Assembly: GCA_963700145.1 (NCBI GenBank)
Contig: OY969474.1
Coordinates: forward strand, 3,328,001-3,392,000
Origin: an uncultured Acidobacteriota bacterium
GTDB lineage: Bacteria; Acidobacteriota; Thermoanaerobaculia; Multivoradales; UBA5704
Direction: 5' to 3'
Length of the DNA: 64,000 bases
Shown here: piece after piece, positions 31,201-39,751 of the stretch
Numbering within the stretch: the stretch's first letter is position 1
Layout of the letters: each line of letters starts with the position of its first letter
Notes under the pieces: generated by a model
Told to the model about the DNA's origin: nothing
Database searches by the model: none
The model's input: only the letters and a program-made list of their open reading frames with translations
Made by a program: the position numbers and the translations under genes

Positions 31201-34200
31201 GCTCGCCCGGGAGCTGCGCCTCGACCGCGACGCCGGCCGCTCGGTCCTGCGCGCCATGCTCGTCCTCCAGCCGGGGAGGACCCTGGAGGAGCGCGCCCTC
31301 GCGCCCTTCGCGCTGGGAGAGGGGGGAGCGCGGGCGGACCTCGGCGGCCTGGCGCTCGAGTCGCTCCCCCTGCCCGAGATCCGGGCCCAGTTCGACCTCC
31401 TGCTGATGGCGGCCGAGACCGGCGACGGCGGGCTCGCTCTCTCGCTGCAGCTCGACGCCGACCTCTTCGACCCGGCGACCGGCGCGCGGCTCCTGGGGCA
31501 CCTCGGGAGCTTCTTAGGCGCGGCGGCGGCCGCGCCCGAGAAGCCGGCGGTCGAGATCGAGATCCTCTCCGCGGCCGAGCGCCGGCAGCTCGCGGCGTGG
31601 AGCGCCGGGCCCCTGGCGCCGCCGGCCGGCGTCTGCCTGCACGAGCTCATCGCGGAGCAGGCGGCGCGCACGCCCGCGGCCACGGCCCTGGTGCACGGCG
31701 ACGACCGGCTGACGTACCGGGAGCTCCGCGAGCGGATCGAGCGCCTGGCCGGGCGGCTGCGCGGCCTGGGCGTCGGCCCGGAGGTGCGAGTCGGGATCTG
31801 CGCCCGCCGCACGCCGGAGATGGTCGTGGGCCTGCTAGCGATCCTGGAGGCGGGCGGCGCCTACGTGCCTCTCGACCCCGCCTACCCGGTCGAGCGGCTG
31901 GCCTATCTCCTGGCGGACTCGGAAGCGGCGTTCCTCCTCGTGGACGAGGCGGCGGAAGGGAGGCTCCCCGCGACCGACCTGCCGCGGCTGCGGCTCGATC
32001 GCCCGGAGGAGGACGCGAAGACAGCGGAGCCGTTCGCCGCCGCGGCGGCGTCGCGGCCGGCGCCGGAGAACCTCGCCTACCTGATCTACACGTCGGGCTC
32101 CACCGGCCGCCCCAAGGCGGTGGCCATCGAGCACCGGAGCGCCGTGACCCTGGCGCACTGGGCGCGCGAGGTCTTCTCGGAGCGCGAGCTGGACGGCGTC
32201 CTCGCCGCCACCTCCCTGGGCTTCGACCTCTCGGTCTTCGAGCTCTTCGTGCCGCTCTGCTGGGGCGGCCGGGTGGTGCTCGCCGGGAGCGCCCTGGACC
32301 TGCCGGAGGTGCCGGCCGCGGCCGCGGTGCGCCTGGTCAACACCGTTCCCTCCGCGATCGGCGAGCTACTGCGGGCCGGGGCCCTGCCCCCGTCGGTCGA
32401 GACGGTGAACCTCGCGGGCGAGCCGCTCCGGCGCGAGCTGGTGCGCGCCCTCTTCGCCGCCGGGGTGCGCCGGGTGGTCAACCTCTACGGCCCGTCGGAG
32501 GACACGACCTACTCGACGGTCGCCGAGCAGGAGCGCGACGACGGCCGCGAGCCGCCGATCGGGCGGCCGATCGCCGGCACCACCGCGCGGGTGCTCGACG
32601 CCCGGCTGCGGCCGGTGCCGCCGGGTGTCGTGGGAGAGCTGGTCCTGGGCGGCGCCGGCCTCGCGCGCGGTTATCTCGGTCGGCCGGAGCTGACCGCCGA
32701 GCGCTTCATCCCCAGCCCCTTCCCGGAGGACGATCCCGGGGCCCGCCTCTACCGCACCGGCGACCGGGCGCGCTGGGGGCCGAAGGGCGAGCTGGTCTTC
32801 CTCGGCCGCTTCGACCATCAGGTCAAGATCCGCGGCTTCCGCATCGAGCCGGGGGAGGTCGAGGCGAGCTTGTCGGCCCACCCGCAAGTCGAGGATGCGG
32901 CGGTGCTGGCGGTGGGGGAGGGTGCCGAGCGGCGGTTGGTGGCCTACGTCGCGCCCGCTCACTCCCTGGACCTCCGCTCCTACCTTGCTAGTCGCCTGCC
33001 GGAGCACATGGTGCCCTCGGCCTTCGTCTTCCTCGACGCCCTGCCGCTCACCCCTCACGGCAAGGTGGACCGCAAGGCACTGGCGAGCCTGGCGCCGGGG
33101 AGCGCCGCGAGGCCCAGTCAGCCGCCGCGGACGCCGTTGGAGGCGGCCCTCGCCGCCCTCTGGGCGGAGGTGTTGGGTCTCGAGGCGGTCGGCGTCCACG
33201 ACGATGTCTTCGCTCTCGGCGGCCACTCGCTCCTGGCCGTGCGGGTGCAGGCGCGGCTGCGGGAGCGGCTGGGCGTCGACCTGCCGCTGCCGGCCCTCTT
33301 CCGCGCCCCCACGGTCGCCGCCCTGGCGCGCCTCGCGGCCGAGGCCCCGCCATGGCGCGCCCAACCGCCCCTGCCGCGCCCGCGAGGCGGCGCGCCGCTC
33401 CCCCTCTCCTTCGCCCAGGAGCGGATGTGGCTCGTCCACCATCTGGCCCCCGACTCGCCCGCCTACCACCTCGCCGGCGAGGTACGGCTCGCCGGCTCCC
33501 TGGACGTCGCGGCGCTGGCGGCGGCACTCGGCGAGCTGGTGCGGCGCCACGAGGCGCTGCGGACGCGCTTCCCGCTGGCGGGCGAAGTGCCCGTCCAGGT
33601 CGTCGAGGCGGCAGGTCCGCGCGAGCTGCCTGTCGTCAGCCTGGAGTCCCTCCCCGACGGGCTCCGGGCGGCCGAGGCGGAGCGCCTCGCCAGCCATGAG
33701 GCACGGCGGCCGTTCGACCTCGCGGCGGCGCCCCCGGTCCGGGCTTCGCTGGTGCGGTTCGACGGCGGCGAGCACCGTCTCCTCCTCACCCTCCACCACA
33801 TCGCGGCCGACGAGGCCTCCCTCGGCATCCTGGCGGGGGAGCTGGGCGCCGCTTACGCGACTGCGGCCGCACGGCGGCCGTTCCCGCTCGGCGCGCCGCC
33901 GCTCCAGATCGCCGACGTTGCTCTCTGGCAACGGGAGCGGCTGCGCGGCGAGGCGCTGGCGGCGCGGCTGGCCTGGTGGCAGGAGCGGTTGGCGGGGGTG
34001 GAGCCGCTCGAGCTGCCCGCCGACCGCCCGCGGCCGGCGGACCCCAGCGCGCGCGGCGGCACCGTCTCCGCGCCTCTCCCGGTGGCGACGGCGGCGGCCC
34101 TAAGCGGCCTCGCCAGGAGCGCCGGCGTGACCCTCTTCATGGTCCTGCTCGCCGGCTTCGAGGCTCTTCTCTCCCGGCTCTCGGGGGCAGTGGACTTCGC

Positions 34201-37200
34201 GGTCGGCTCCCCCTTCGCCCAGCGAGATCACCCGGACCTGGAGGGGGTCGTCGGGCCGCTCCTCAACACGCTGGTGCTGCGCGCCGACCTCGCGGGGGAC
34301 CCGCCGTTCCGCGAGCTGCTCGGCCGGGTGCGCGAGGGCACGCTCGCCGCCCACGAGCGCGCCGACCTCCCCTTCGAGCTGCTGGTCGAGCGCCTGCGGC
34401 CCGAGCGCGGTCCGGGTGCCAACCCGCTTTTCGAGGTGATGTTCGTGCTCCACCGGCCGCCGGGGCCGTTGCGCGCGGGGAACCTCCTCATCGAGCCACG
34501 GTCCATCCCCACCGGCACGGCGAAGGTCGATCTCACCCTCTTCGCCCTCGAGCGGGAGGAGGGAGTCGGGCTGGAGCTGGAGTATGCGGCGGACCGCTGG
34601 GACCCAGACACGGCCGGCCGGCTCCTGGAGGGACTGGTCGTGCTCCTCGCCGCCGCCGCGGCCGACCCCGGGCTGCGGTTGTCCGAGCTGCCGGGTCCCG
34701 CCGTGCCGTGCATCCAAGCGGTCCTCCCCGCGCGGGTCCTGCCGGCGGCGACCGCCGCCACGGCGCCCTCGGCAATCGCGCCGCGGACGCCGGTCGAGGA
34801 GCTCCTGTCGGGCATCTGGGAGGACCTCCTCGCGATCGAGCGCCCCGGTCTCCACGACGACTTCTTCGCCCTCGGCGGCCAGTCGCTCCTCGCCGCTCGC
34901 GTCGTCTCGCGCCTGCGTGCGGCCCTCGGCGTGGAGCTGCCGTTGCGGGCGCTCTTCACGGCGCGCACCCTCGCCGGCCTCGCCGCGCGGGTTGAGGAGG
35001 CCTGGGGGGCTGGGGCGGAGGGGCCGGAGCGGCTCCCCTTCGTCCTCGTTCCGCGCGCTGACGGCGCGCCCCTCTCCTTCGGTCAGGAGCGCCTCTGGTT
35101 CCTCGACCGCCTCGATCCCGGAAGCCCGGTCTACAACATGCCGGCGGCGGTCTCCCTGACCGGTCGTCTGGACCCGGAGGCGCTGCGCGGCGCGATCGAG
35201 GGGATTGCGGCCCGCCACGAGGTGCTGCGCGCCGCCTTCCCGGCCCCCGCCGGCACGCCCGTGCAGACCGCCGCTCCACGGCTCGGGCTGCGCCTTTCGC
35301 TGGCGGACCTCTCGGGGCTCGCGCCGGCGGCGCGGCGGGCCGAGACGCTGCGGCTGGCCGCGGCGGAGGCCCTGCGCCCCTTCGACCTGGAGACGGGACC
35401 GCCGCTGCGCGCCTCGCTCTTGCGGCTGGAGGCGCGCGAGCACGTCCTGCTCGTCGCCGTCCACCACATCGTCTTCGACGGCTGGTCGCTGGGGATCTTC
35501 CTGAGCGAGCTGGCGGCGCTTTACGGCGGCCTCCTCTCCGGCGTGGACCCCGCGCTGCCGCCGCTGCCGATCCAGTACGCGGACTTCGCCGCCTGGCAGC
35601 GGCGGCTGGCCGCGGGAGACGCGCTCGCGGGCTCGCTCGCCTGGTGGCGGGAGCGGCTCGCCGGAGCGCCGGCGGTGCTCCCTTTGCCGCTCGACCGCCC
35701 GCGCCCTCCGGTCCAGACCTTCCGCGGCGGGAGCCTCGGTCTGACTCTCCGCCCGGAGGTGGCCGGCGCGGTCCGCGACCTCGCCCGGCGGCTGGCGGCG
35801 ACTCCCTTCATGGTCTTCCTCGCCGCCTGGGCGGCCCTGCTCTCCCGCCTGACGCACGAGGTCGATCTGGTCGTGGGCACGGCGGTGGCCGGCCGCGACC
35901 TGCCGGAGGTGGAACCGCTGATCGGGCTCTTCGCCGGCAACTTGGCCCTCCGCCTCGACCTCGGCGGCGACCCCACCTTCGCCGACCTCGTCGGCAGCGC
36001 CAGCGAGACCGTGCTCTCCGCCTGGACCCGTCGGGAGGTCCCCTTCGAGCGGCTGGTGCGGGAGCTGCGGCCCGAGCGCGACCTGTCGCACGCACCGATC
36101 TATCAGGTGGTGCTCACCCTCGACGCCTCGGAGCGCCCGCCGCTGAGCCTCCCCGGCCTCCACCTCGCCATGCTGCCGATCGAGAGCAGGACGGCGAAGT
36201 TCGAGCTCGGCCTCTATCTCGAGGACCGGCGCGGCGAGGTCACGGGACTGTTCGAGTACAACCGCGACCTCTTCGACCCGGCGACGGCGGAACGCCTGCT
36301 CGCCGCCTTCGAGCGTCTGGTGGAGGCGGTGCCGGCCGATCCGGAGCGGCGCCTCTCGGAGCTGCCGGTCCTCTCCGCGGCCGAGCGGCAGCAAATGACG
36401 GTCGAGCTGCCGGCGCCGCCGGACGCGGCCGCGCCGCCGCTCGTCCCGCACTTGATCGCGGCCCAGGCCGCGGCCCGTCCCGGGGCGCCGGCCGTCACCG
36501 GCGGCGGCCGGACCCTCTCCTACGGCGAGCTGGACCGGCGGGCCGGCGTTCTCGCCCGGCGGCTCCGCGCCCTGGGCGTCGGGCCCGAGGTGCCGGTTGC
36601 GGTCTGCCTGGACCGCTCGCCCGAGCTGATCGTGGCGCTGCTCGGGATCTGGCAGGCAGGAGGCGTGTACGTCCCCCTCGATCCCGCCCATCCCGACGAG
36701 CGCCTGGCCTGGATGGTGGCCGACTCGGCGGCCAGGGCCGTGCTGGCCGCGCGCCGCGGGCCGGCCCCGCCGCCGGGAGCCCCGGTCCTCTTCCTGGACG
36801 AGCTGCCGGATGAGCCGGCGCCTGCGGCGCCGGCCGCCGCGCTCCTGCCGGACGCCGCGGCCTACCTCATCTACACCTCGGGCTCCACCGGTCTGCCGAA
36901 GGGAGTGGTGGTGCCGCACGCGGCGCTCGCTGCCTATGCGGCGATGGCGGCCGACCTCTATGCGGTCGGCCCGGGGGACCGCGTCCTTCAGAGTGCCTCG
37001 CCGGGGTTCGACCTGAGCCTCGACGAGATCGTCCCCTGCCTCGCCGGCGGGGCCGAGCTGGTGTTGCGGGACGACGCGATGCTCGCCTCTCCCGCCGCCT
37101 TCCTCGACGGCTGCCGCGAGCGGGAGATCACCGTCCTCAGCCTGCCGACGGCGCTCTGGCACGAGATTGCCGCGCGCTTGGGGGCGGAAGAACCGGCCCC

Positions 37201-39751
37201 GCTGCCGGCGTTGCGGCTGGTCGTCCTGGGCGGCGAGCGCCTCCTGCCCGAGGCGCTGGCCGACTGGCAGCGCCGTTTCCCGCCAGGCCCGCGCCTCCTC
37301 AACACCTACGGCCCCACCGAGGCGACGATCCTCGTCACGGCGGCGGACGTGACCGCTCCGCAGGAGCTCCCGCGGCCGGAGGCGCCGATCGGTCGCCCCG
37401 TCCAAGGCGCCGAGGTCTGGCTGCTCGGCCGCTGGGGGGAGCCGGTCCCGCTCGGCGTGCCGGGAGAGATCGCGATCGGCGGCAGCTTCCTCGCCCGCGG
37501 CTATCTGGGCCGGCCCGAGCAGACGGCCGTGCGCTTCGTCCCGCACCCCTTCCCGCCGGCGGCCGGCGCGCGCCTCTACCGCACGGGGGACCTCGCCCGC
37601 CTGCTGCCCGACGGACGGTTCGAGTTCGCGGGACGCATCGACACCCAGGTCAAAGTGCGCGGGTACCGCGTCGAGCCCGGGGAAGTGGAGGCGATCCTGG
37701 TGCGCCATCCTGGTGTCCAGGCGGCCGCGGTGGTGGCGCGGCACGACGGGCCCGGCCGCGTGCGGCTCGTCGGCTACCTGGTTCCGCGGCAGCCGGCGCC
37801 GGCCGCCGCGGACGTGCGGGCCTTCCTCGCCGCCTCCCTGCCGGAGCCGCTGGTGCCCTCCGACCTGGTCTTCCTGGAGGCGCTCCCGCTCACTCCCCAT
37901 GGCAAGGTGGACCGCCGAGCGCTGCCGGCCCCCGGCCCGCGCGCCGCGGCCGAGCACGTCGCCCCGCGCGACGAGATGGAGCGGGCGGTCGCCGCCCTCT
38001 GGCGCGAGGCGCTGGGAGTCGAGCGCGTGGGGATCCACGACAACTTCTTCGACCTCGGCGGCCACTCGCTGGCCCTGGCCCGGGTGCACGTCCTGCTGCG
38101 CGAGCGGCTCGGCCGGGAGATCCCCATCGTGGATCTCTTCCGACACCCGACGGTGGTCTCCCTGGCGCGGCGGCTCGCGCTGCCGGCGGCGGAGGCGGCC
38201 TCGCACCCGGTCCTGGAGGTTCGGGAGCGGGCGGAGCGCAGTCGGGCCGCCACCCGCCAAGGGCGGTTCCTCGAGGCGCGGAAGCGGATGCCGGCGGTGC
38301 CGGGCGGACCCGCATCGATCCAGGCGGCTCCGGCCCCGCCGCCGCCGCTCTGGGATTCCGCGTCGGAGGCGGCGCATGCCAGCCTCTCGCCGGCGAGCGC
38401 CGCGTTCCTCCGCTTCGCCGCCGCGCATCCGGAGTGCCGCGAGCGGGCGAGCTTCGCGCCCCTGGCGGACCACACCGCCGGGAGCCCCTACCCGCTCCAG
38501 CCCTGGCCCGCCCTGGTGGACCGGGCCCGCGTCGCCGAGATGGAGCGCGTGAGCACCGGCCTCGTGCGGCTGGTCAAGAGCCTGCCGCGCCGCGTTTTCG
38601 GCGACGATCCCGAGCGTCTCCGCGCCTTCTACGGCCTGCCGAGTACCGACCTCGCCCGCTCGCTGATCGCCGAGCCGAACGGTCTCGAGGGGGCGATCGG
38701 CCGCGGCGACTTCCTCGACTCGGCCGCCGGTCTCCGCTGCCTGGAGCTCAATCTGGTGAGCGACCTCGGCGGGTGGCAGGCGCCGCTCTGGGCGGAGGGC
38801 TACTCGCGCGTGCCGATCTTCCAGCGCTTCCTGCGTGAGGAGGGAGTGCGCGTGGCCTGCCGCGACACGGTGGCGCTCCTCTTCGCGCACGTGGTGGCCG
38901 AGGCGCTGGAGCTGGGCGCGGCCGACGGCGAGGTCAACGTCGCCCTCGTGCTTCCCGCGGCGGACGCGGCGCCGGCGCGCGCCCTCCAGCCCTGGCTCGC
39001 CGGCCGCTACGCCGCGGTCCTGCGGGAGGCGGCGCCGGGCGCCGGAGGGACGGTGCTCCTGCTCCCCTATGCGGCCCTGCGCGAGCGCGGCGGAAGGCTG
39101 TGGGGCGACGGCCGGCCGATCCACGCGGCGGTCGAGGTGCACCACGAAGGCACGGCCGCCCAGGCCTTCCGCTGCTTCAAGGCGGGGAGCTTGAAGCTCT
39201 ACAACGCGCCGGTGCGCTCGCTGCTCACCGACAAGCGCAACCTGGCTCTCGTCTCCGAGCTGGCTGAGAACGGCCAGGTGCTGGAGCCGGCCGAGCGCGA
39301 GCTGGCGGCGCGCCATCTCCCCTGGACCCGGCGGCTGGCCGCCGCGGAAGCGCGCTGGCAAGGACGCGAGGTCTGGCTCCCCGATCTGGTTCTGGCGGCG
39401 CGCGACGAGCTGGTGATCAAGCGGGCGCGCGAGGGGCGGGGCGCGGCGGTCCACCTCGGGGCCGCGACGCCGGAGGAAGCCTGGAAGGAGCGGGTGGAGC
39501 GGGCGCTGGCGGAAGGGGATTGGATCGTGCAGGAGCGGGTGGAGCCGCTGCCGTACGTCCACCAGCAAGGGGAGCGGGGGTGCGGCCCCCACGACGTCGT
39601 CTGGGGTCTCTTCGTCTTCGGCAACCGCTACGGGGGAGGGTTTCTGAGCCTCGAGCCGCGGTCCGCGCGCGCCGGCGCGGGAGACGGCGTGGTCAACTTG
39701 ACGCGGGGAGCGAGCGCCGGCGTCATCTTCGAGGTCCAGGACGATGCCTGA
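28211..39751 (+). CDS. NRPS 1: FAAL-ACP-C-A-T-C-T-C-A-T plus C-terminal circularly permuted ATP-grasp domain
   Basis: FAAL LQYTSGST/WLPLYHDMGLIG/CYGLAEATL; carriers GLDSL, GGHSL, GGQSL, GGHSL; C motifs HHLVMD, HHIAAD, HHIVFD; two A domains (YTSGSTG.PK); tail GRGDF..CLELN..DKRNLAL..LVIK..W.VQERV. Confidence 0.95.
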   Translation: MATTLAPPGCLLTDVLRRRAAERPGGQAFTFLDPAGTEVETLTWGGLDERVRAVAAALQEAGAPGERALLLFPPGLDFVAAFLGCLFAGTVAVPAYPPGRHRPSARLRSIAADARARVVLAPDGLAAGAAALVEKVPELEGARWIATDTLDPLLAARWRENAPAAEDPAFLQYTSGSTSEPKGVVVTHGSLLDNEEAIRRAFRQSEASVVVGWLPLYHDMGLIGNVLQPLYSGGRAVLMSPLAFLQRPALWLEAISRYRATTSGGPNFAYDLCARKVGEEEKAGLDLSGWTLAFNGAEPVRAETMERFAAAFAACGFRRQAFYPCYGLAEATLFVSGGTPGEPPVVRSFAVAELERHQAVPVPADAPDGRRVVGCGRAASGQTVAVVDPEARTLRASGRVGEIWVSGPSVAAGYWQRPEETERTFRARLADDPGAGPFLRTGDLGFLADGELFVTGRSKDLIILRGRNHYPQDLELTAEGAHPALRPGCGAAFSIEREGEERLVVLQEIERAAAAGAPAVAEAIRRAVAEEHEVAVEEVVLLRAGTILKTSSGKLRRAACRAAYLAGELAVVARTGGQEPPPPADAAAEEPLTAVLAAEARRVLRREVVDPDLPLTSLGLDSLAAAELRSAVAARTGVEVPLTLLLEGASLRALAAEARIADALPAFAAEPDAPGEHPLSEGQRALWFVDRLSPAAAALNLAGAARVRGGLDTAALRRALLLLAERHPALRTTFEARDGEPVRRVHARLEPDFATGTAEEAALPELLAAEAYRPFDLERGPLLRVRAWTLPGEGTALLLAVHHLVMDFASAAVLLRDLARLYAQERGGPPARLAPPGPGYTDWIRRQEAALAGRRGELLSVFWHERLAGDLPVLDLPADRPRPAARSWRGHLHTLRLEDGAEALHAVARSRGVTLYAALLAGLQAVLHRWTGQTEALVGAPAAWRGAAELDDEVGYFVNPVALRLGIAGEPSFAELAARAGAVAAAAFAHGDAPFPWLARELRLDRDAGRSVLRAMLVLQPGRTLEERALAPFALGEGGARADLGGLALESLPLPEIRAQFDLLLMAAETGDGGLALSLQLDADLFDPATGARLLGHLGSFLGAAAAAPEKPAVEIEILSAAERRQLAAWSAGPLAPPAGVCLHELIAEQAARTPAATALVHGDDRLTYRELRERIERLAGRLRGLGVGPEVRVGICARRTPEMVVGLLAILEAGGAYVPLDPAYPVERLAYLLADSEAAFLLVDEAAEGRLPATDLPRLRLDRPEEDAKTAEPFAAAAASRPAPENLAYLIYTSGSTGRPKAVAIEHRSAVTLAHWAREVFSERELDGVLAATSLGFDLSVFELFVPLCWGGRVVLAGSALDLPEVPAAAAVRLVNTVPSAIGELLRAGALPPSVETVNLAGEPLRRELVRALFAAGVRRVVNLYGPSEDTTYSTVAEQERDDGREPPIGRPIAGTTARVLDARLRPVPPGVVGELVLGGAGLARGYLGRPELTAERFIPSPFPEDDPGARLYRTGDRARWGPKGELVFLGRFDHQVKIRGFRIEPGEVEASLSAHPQVEDAAVLAVGEGAERRLVAYVAPAHSLDLRSYLASRLPEHMVPSAFVFLDALPLTPHGKVDRKALASLAPGSAARPSQPPRTPLEAALAALWAEVLGLEAVGVHDDVFALGGHSLLAVRVQARLRERLGVDLPLPALFRAPTVAALARLAAEAPPWRAQPPLPRPRGGAPLPLSFAQERMWLVHHLAPDSPAYHLAGEVRLAGSLDVAALAAALGELVRRHEALRTRFPLAGEVPVQVVEAAGPRELPVVSLESLPDGLRAAEAERLASHEARRPFDLAAAPPVRASLVRFDGGEHRLLLTLHHIAADEASLGILAGELGAAYATAAARRPFPLGAPPLQIADVALWQRERLRGEALAARLAWWQERLAGVEPLELPADRPRPADPSARGGTVSAPLPVATAAALSGLARSAGVTLFMVLLAGFEALLSRLSGAVDFAVGSPFAQRDHPDLEGVVGPLLNTLVLRADLAGDPPFRELLGRVREGTLAAHERADLPFELLVERLRPERGPGANPLFEVMFVLHRPPGPLRAGNLLIEPRSIPTGTAKVDLTLFALEREEGVGLELEYAADRWDPDTAGRLLEGLVVLLAAAAADPGLRLSELPGPAVPCIQAVLPARVLPAATAATAPSAIAPRTPVEELLSGIWEDLLAIERPGLHDDFFALGGQSLLAARVVSRLRAALGVELPLRALFTARTLAGLAARVEEAWGAGAEGPERLPFVLVPRADGAPLSFGQERLWFLDRLDPGSPVYNMPAAVSLTGRLDPEALRGAIEGIAARHEVLRAAFPAPAGTPVQTAAPRLGLRLSLADLSGLAPAARRAETLRLAAAEALRPFDLETGPPLRASLLRLEAREHVLLVAVHHIVFDGWSLGIFLSELAALYGGLLSGVDPALPPLPIQYADFAAWQRRLAAGDALAGSLAWWRERLAGAPAVLPLPLDRPRPPVQTFRGGSLGLTLRPEVAGAVRDLARRLAATPFMVFLAAWAALLSRLTHEVDLVVGTAVAGRDLPEVEPLIGLFAGNLALRLDLGGDPTFADLVGSASETVLSAWTRREVPFERLVRELRPERDLSHAPIYQVVLTLDASERPPLSLPGLHLAMLPIESRTAKFELGLYLEDRRGEVTGLFEYNRDLFDPATAERLLAAFERLVEAVPADPERRLSELPVLSAAERQQMTVELPAPPDAAAPPLVPHLIAAQAAARPGAPAVTGGGRTLSYGELDRRAGVLARRLRALGVGPEVPVAVCLDRSPELIVALLGIWQAGGVYVPLDPAHPDERLAWMVADSAARAVLAARRGPAPPPGAPVLFLDELPDEPAPAAPAAALLPDAAAYLIYTSGSTGLPKGVVVPHAALAAYAAMAADLYAVGPGDRVLQSASPGFDLSLDEIVPCLAGGAELVLRDDAMLASPAAFLDGCREREITVLSLPTALWHEIAARLGAEEPAPLPALRLVVLGGERLLPEALADWQRRFPPGPRLLNTYGPTEATILVTAADVTAPQELPRPEAPIGRPVQGAEVWLLGRWGEPVPLGVPGEIAIGGSFLARGYLGRPEQTAVRFVPHPFPPAAGARLYRTGDLARLLPDGRFEFAGRIDTQVKVRGYRVEPGEVEAILVRHPGVQAAAVVARHDGPGRVRLVGYLVPRQPAPAAADVRAFLAASLPEPLVPSDLVFLEALPLTPHGKVDRRALPAPGPRAAAEHVAPRDEMERAVAALWREALGVERVGIHDNFFDLGGHSLALARVHVLLRERLGREIPIVDLFRHPTVVSLARRLALPAAEAASHPVLEVRERAERSRAATRQGRFLEARKRMPAVPGGPASIQAAPAPPPPLWDSASEAAHASLSPASAAFLRFAAAHPECRERASFAPLADHTAGSPYPLQPWPALVDRARVAEMERVSTGLVRLVKSLPRRVFGDDPERLRAFYGLPSTDLARSLIAEPNGLEGAIGRGDFLDSAAGLRCLELNLVSDLGGWQAPLWAEGYSRVPIFQRFLREEGVRVACRDTVALLFAHVVAEALELGAADGEVNVALVLPAADAAPARALQPWLAGRYAAVLREAAPGAGGTVLLLPYAALRERGGRLWGDGRPIHAAVEVHHEGTAAQAFRCFKAGSLKLYNAPVRSLLTDKRNLALVSELAENGQVLEPAERELAARHLPWTRRLAAAEARWQGREVWLPDLVLAARDELVIKRAREGRGAAVHLGAATPEEAWKERVERALAEGDWIVQERVEPLPYVHQQGERGCGPHDVVWGLFVFGNRYGGGFLSLEPRSARAGAGDGVVNLTRGASAGVIFEVQDDA

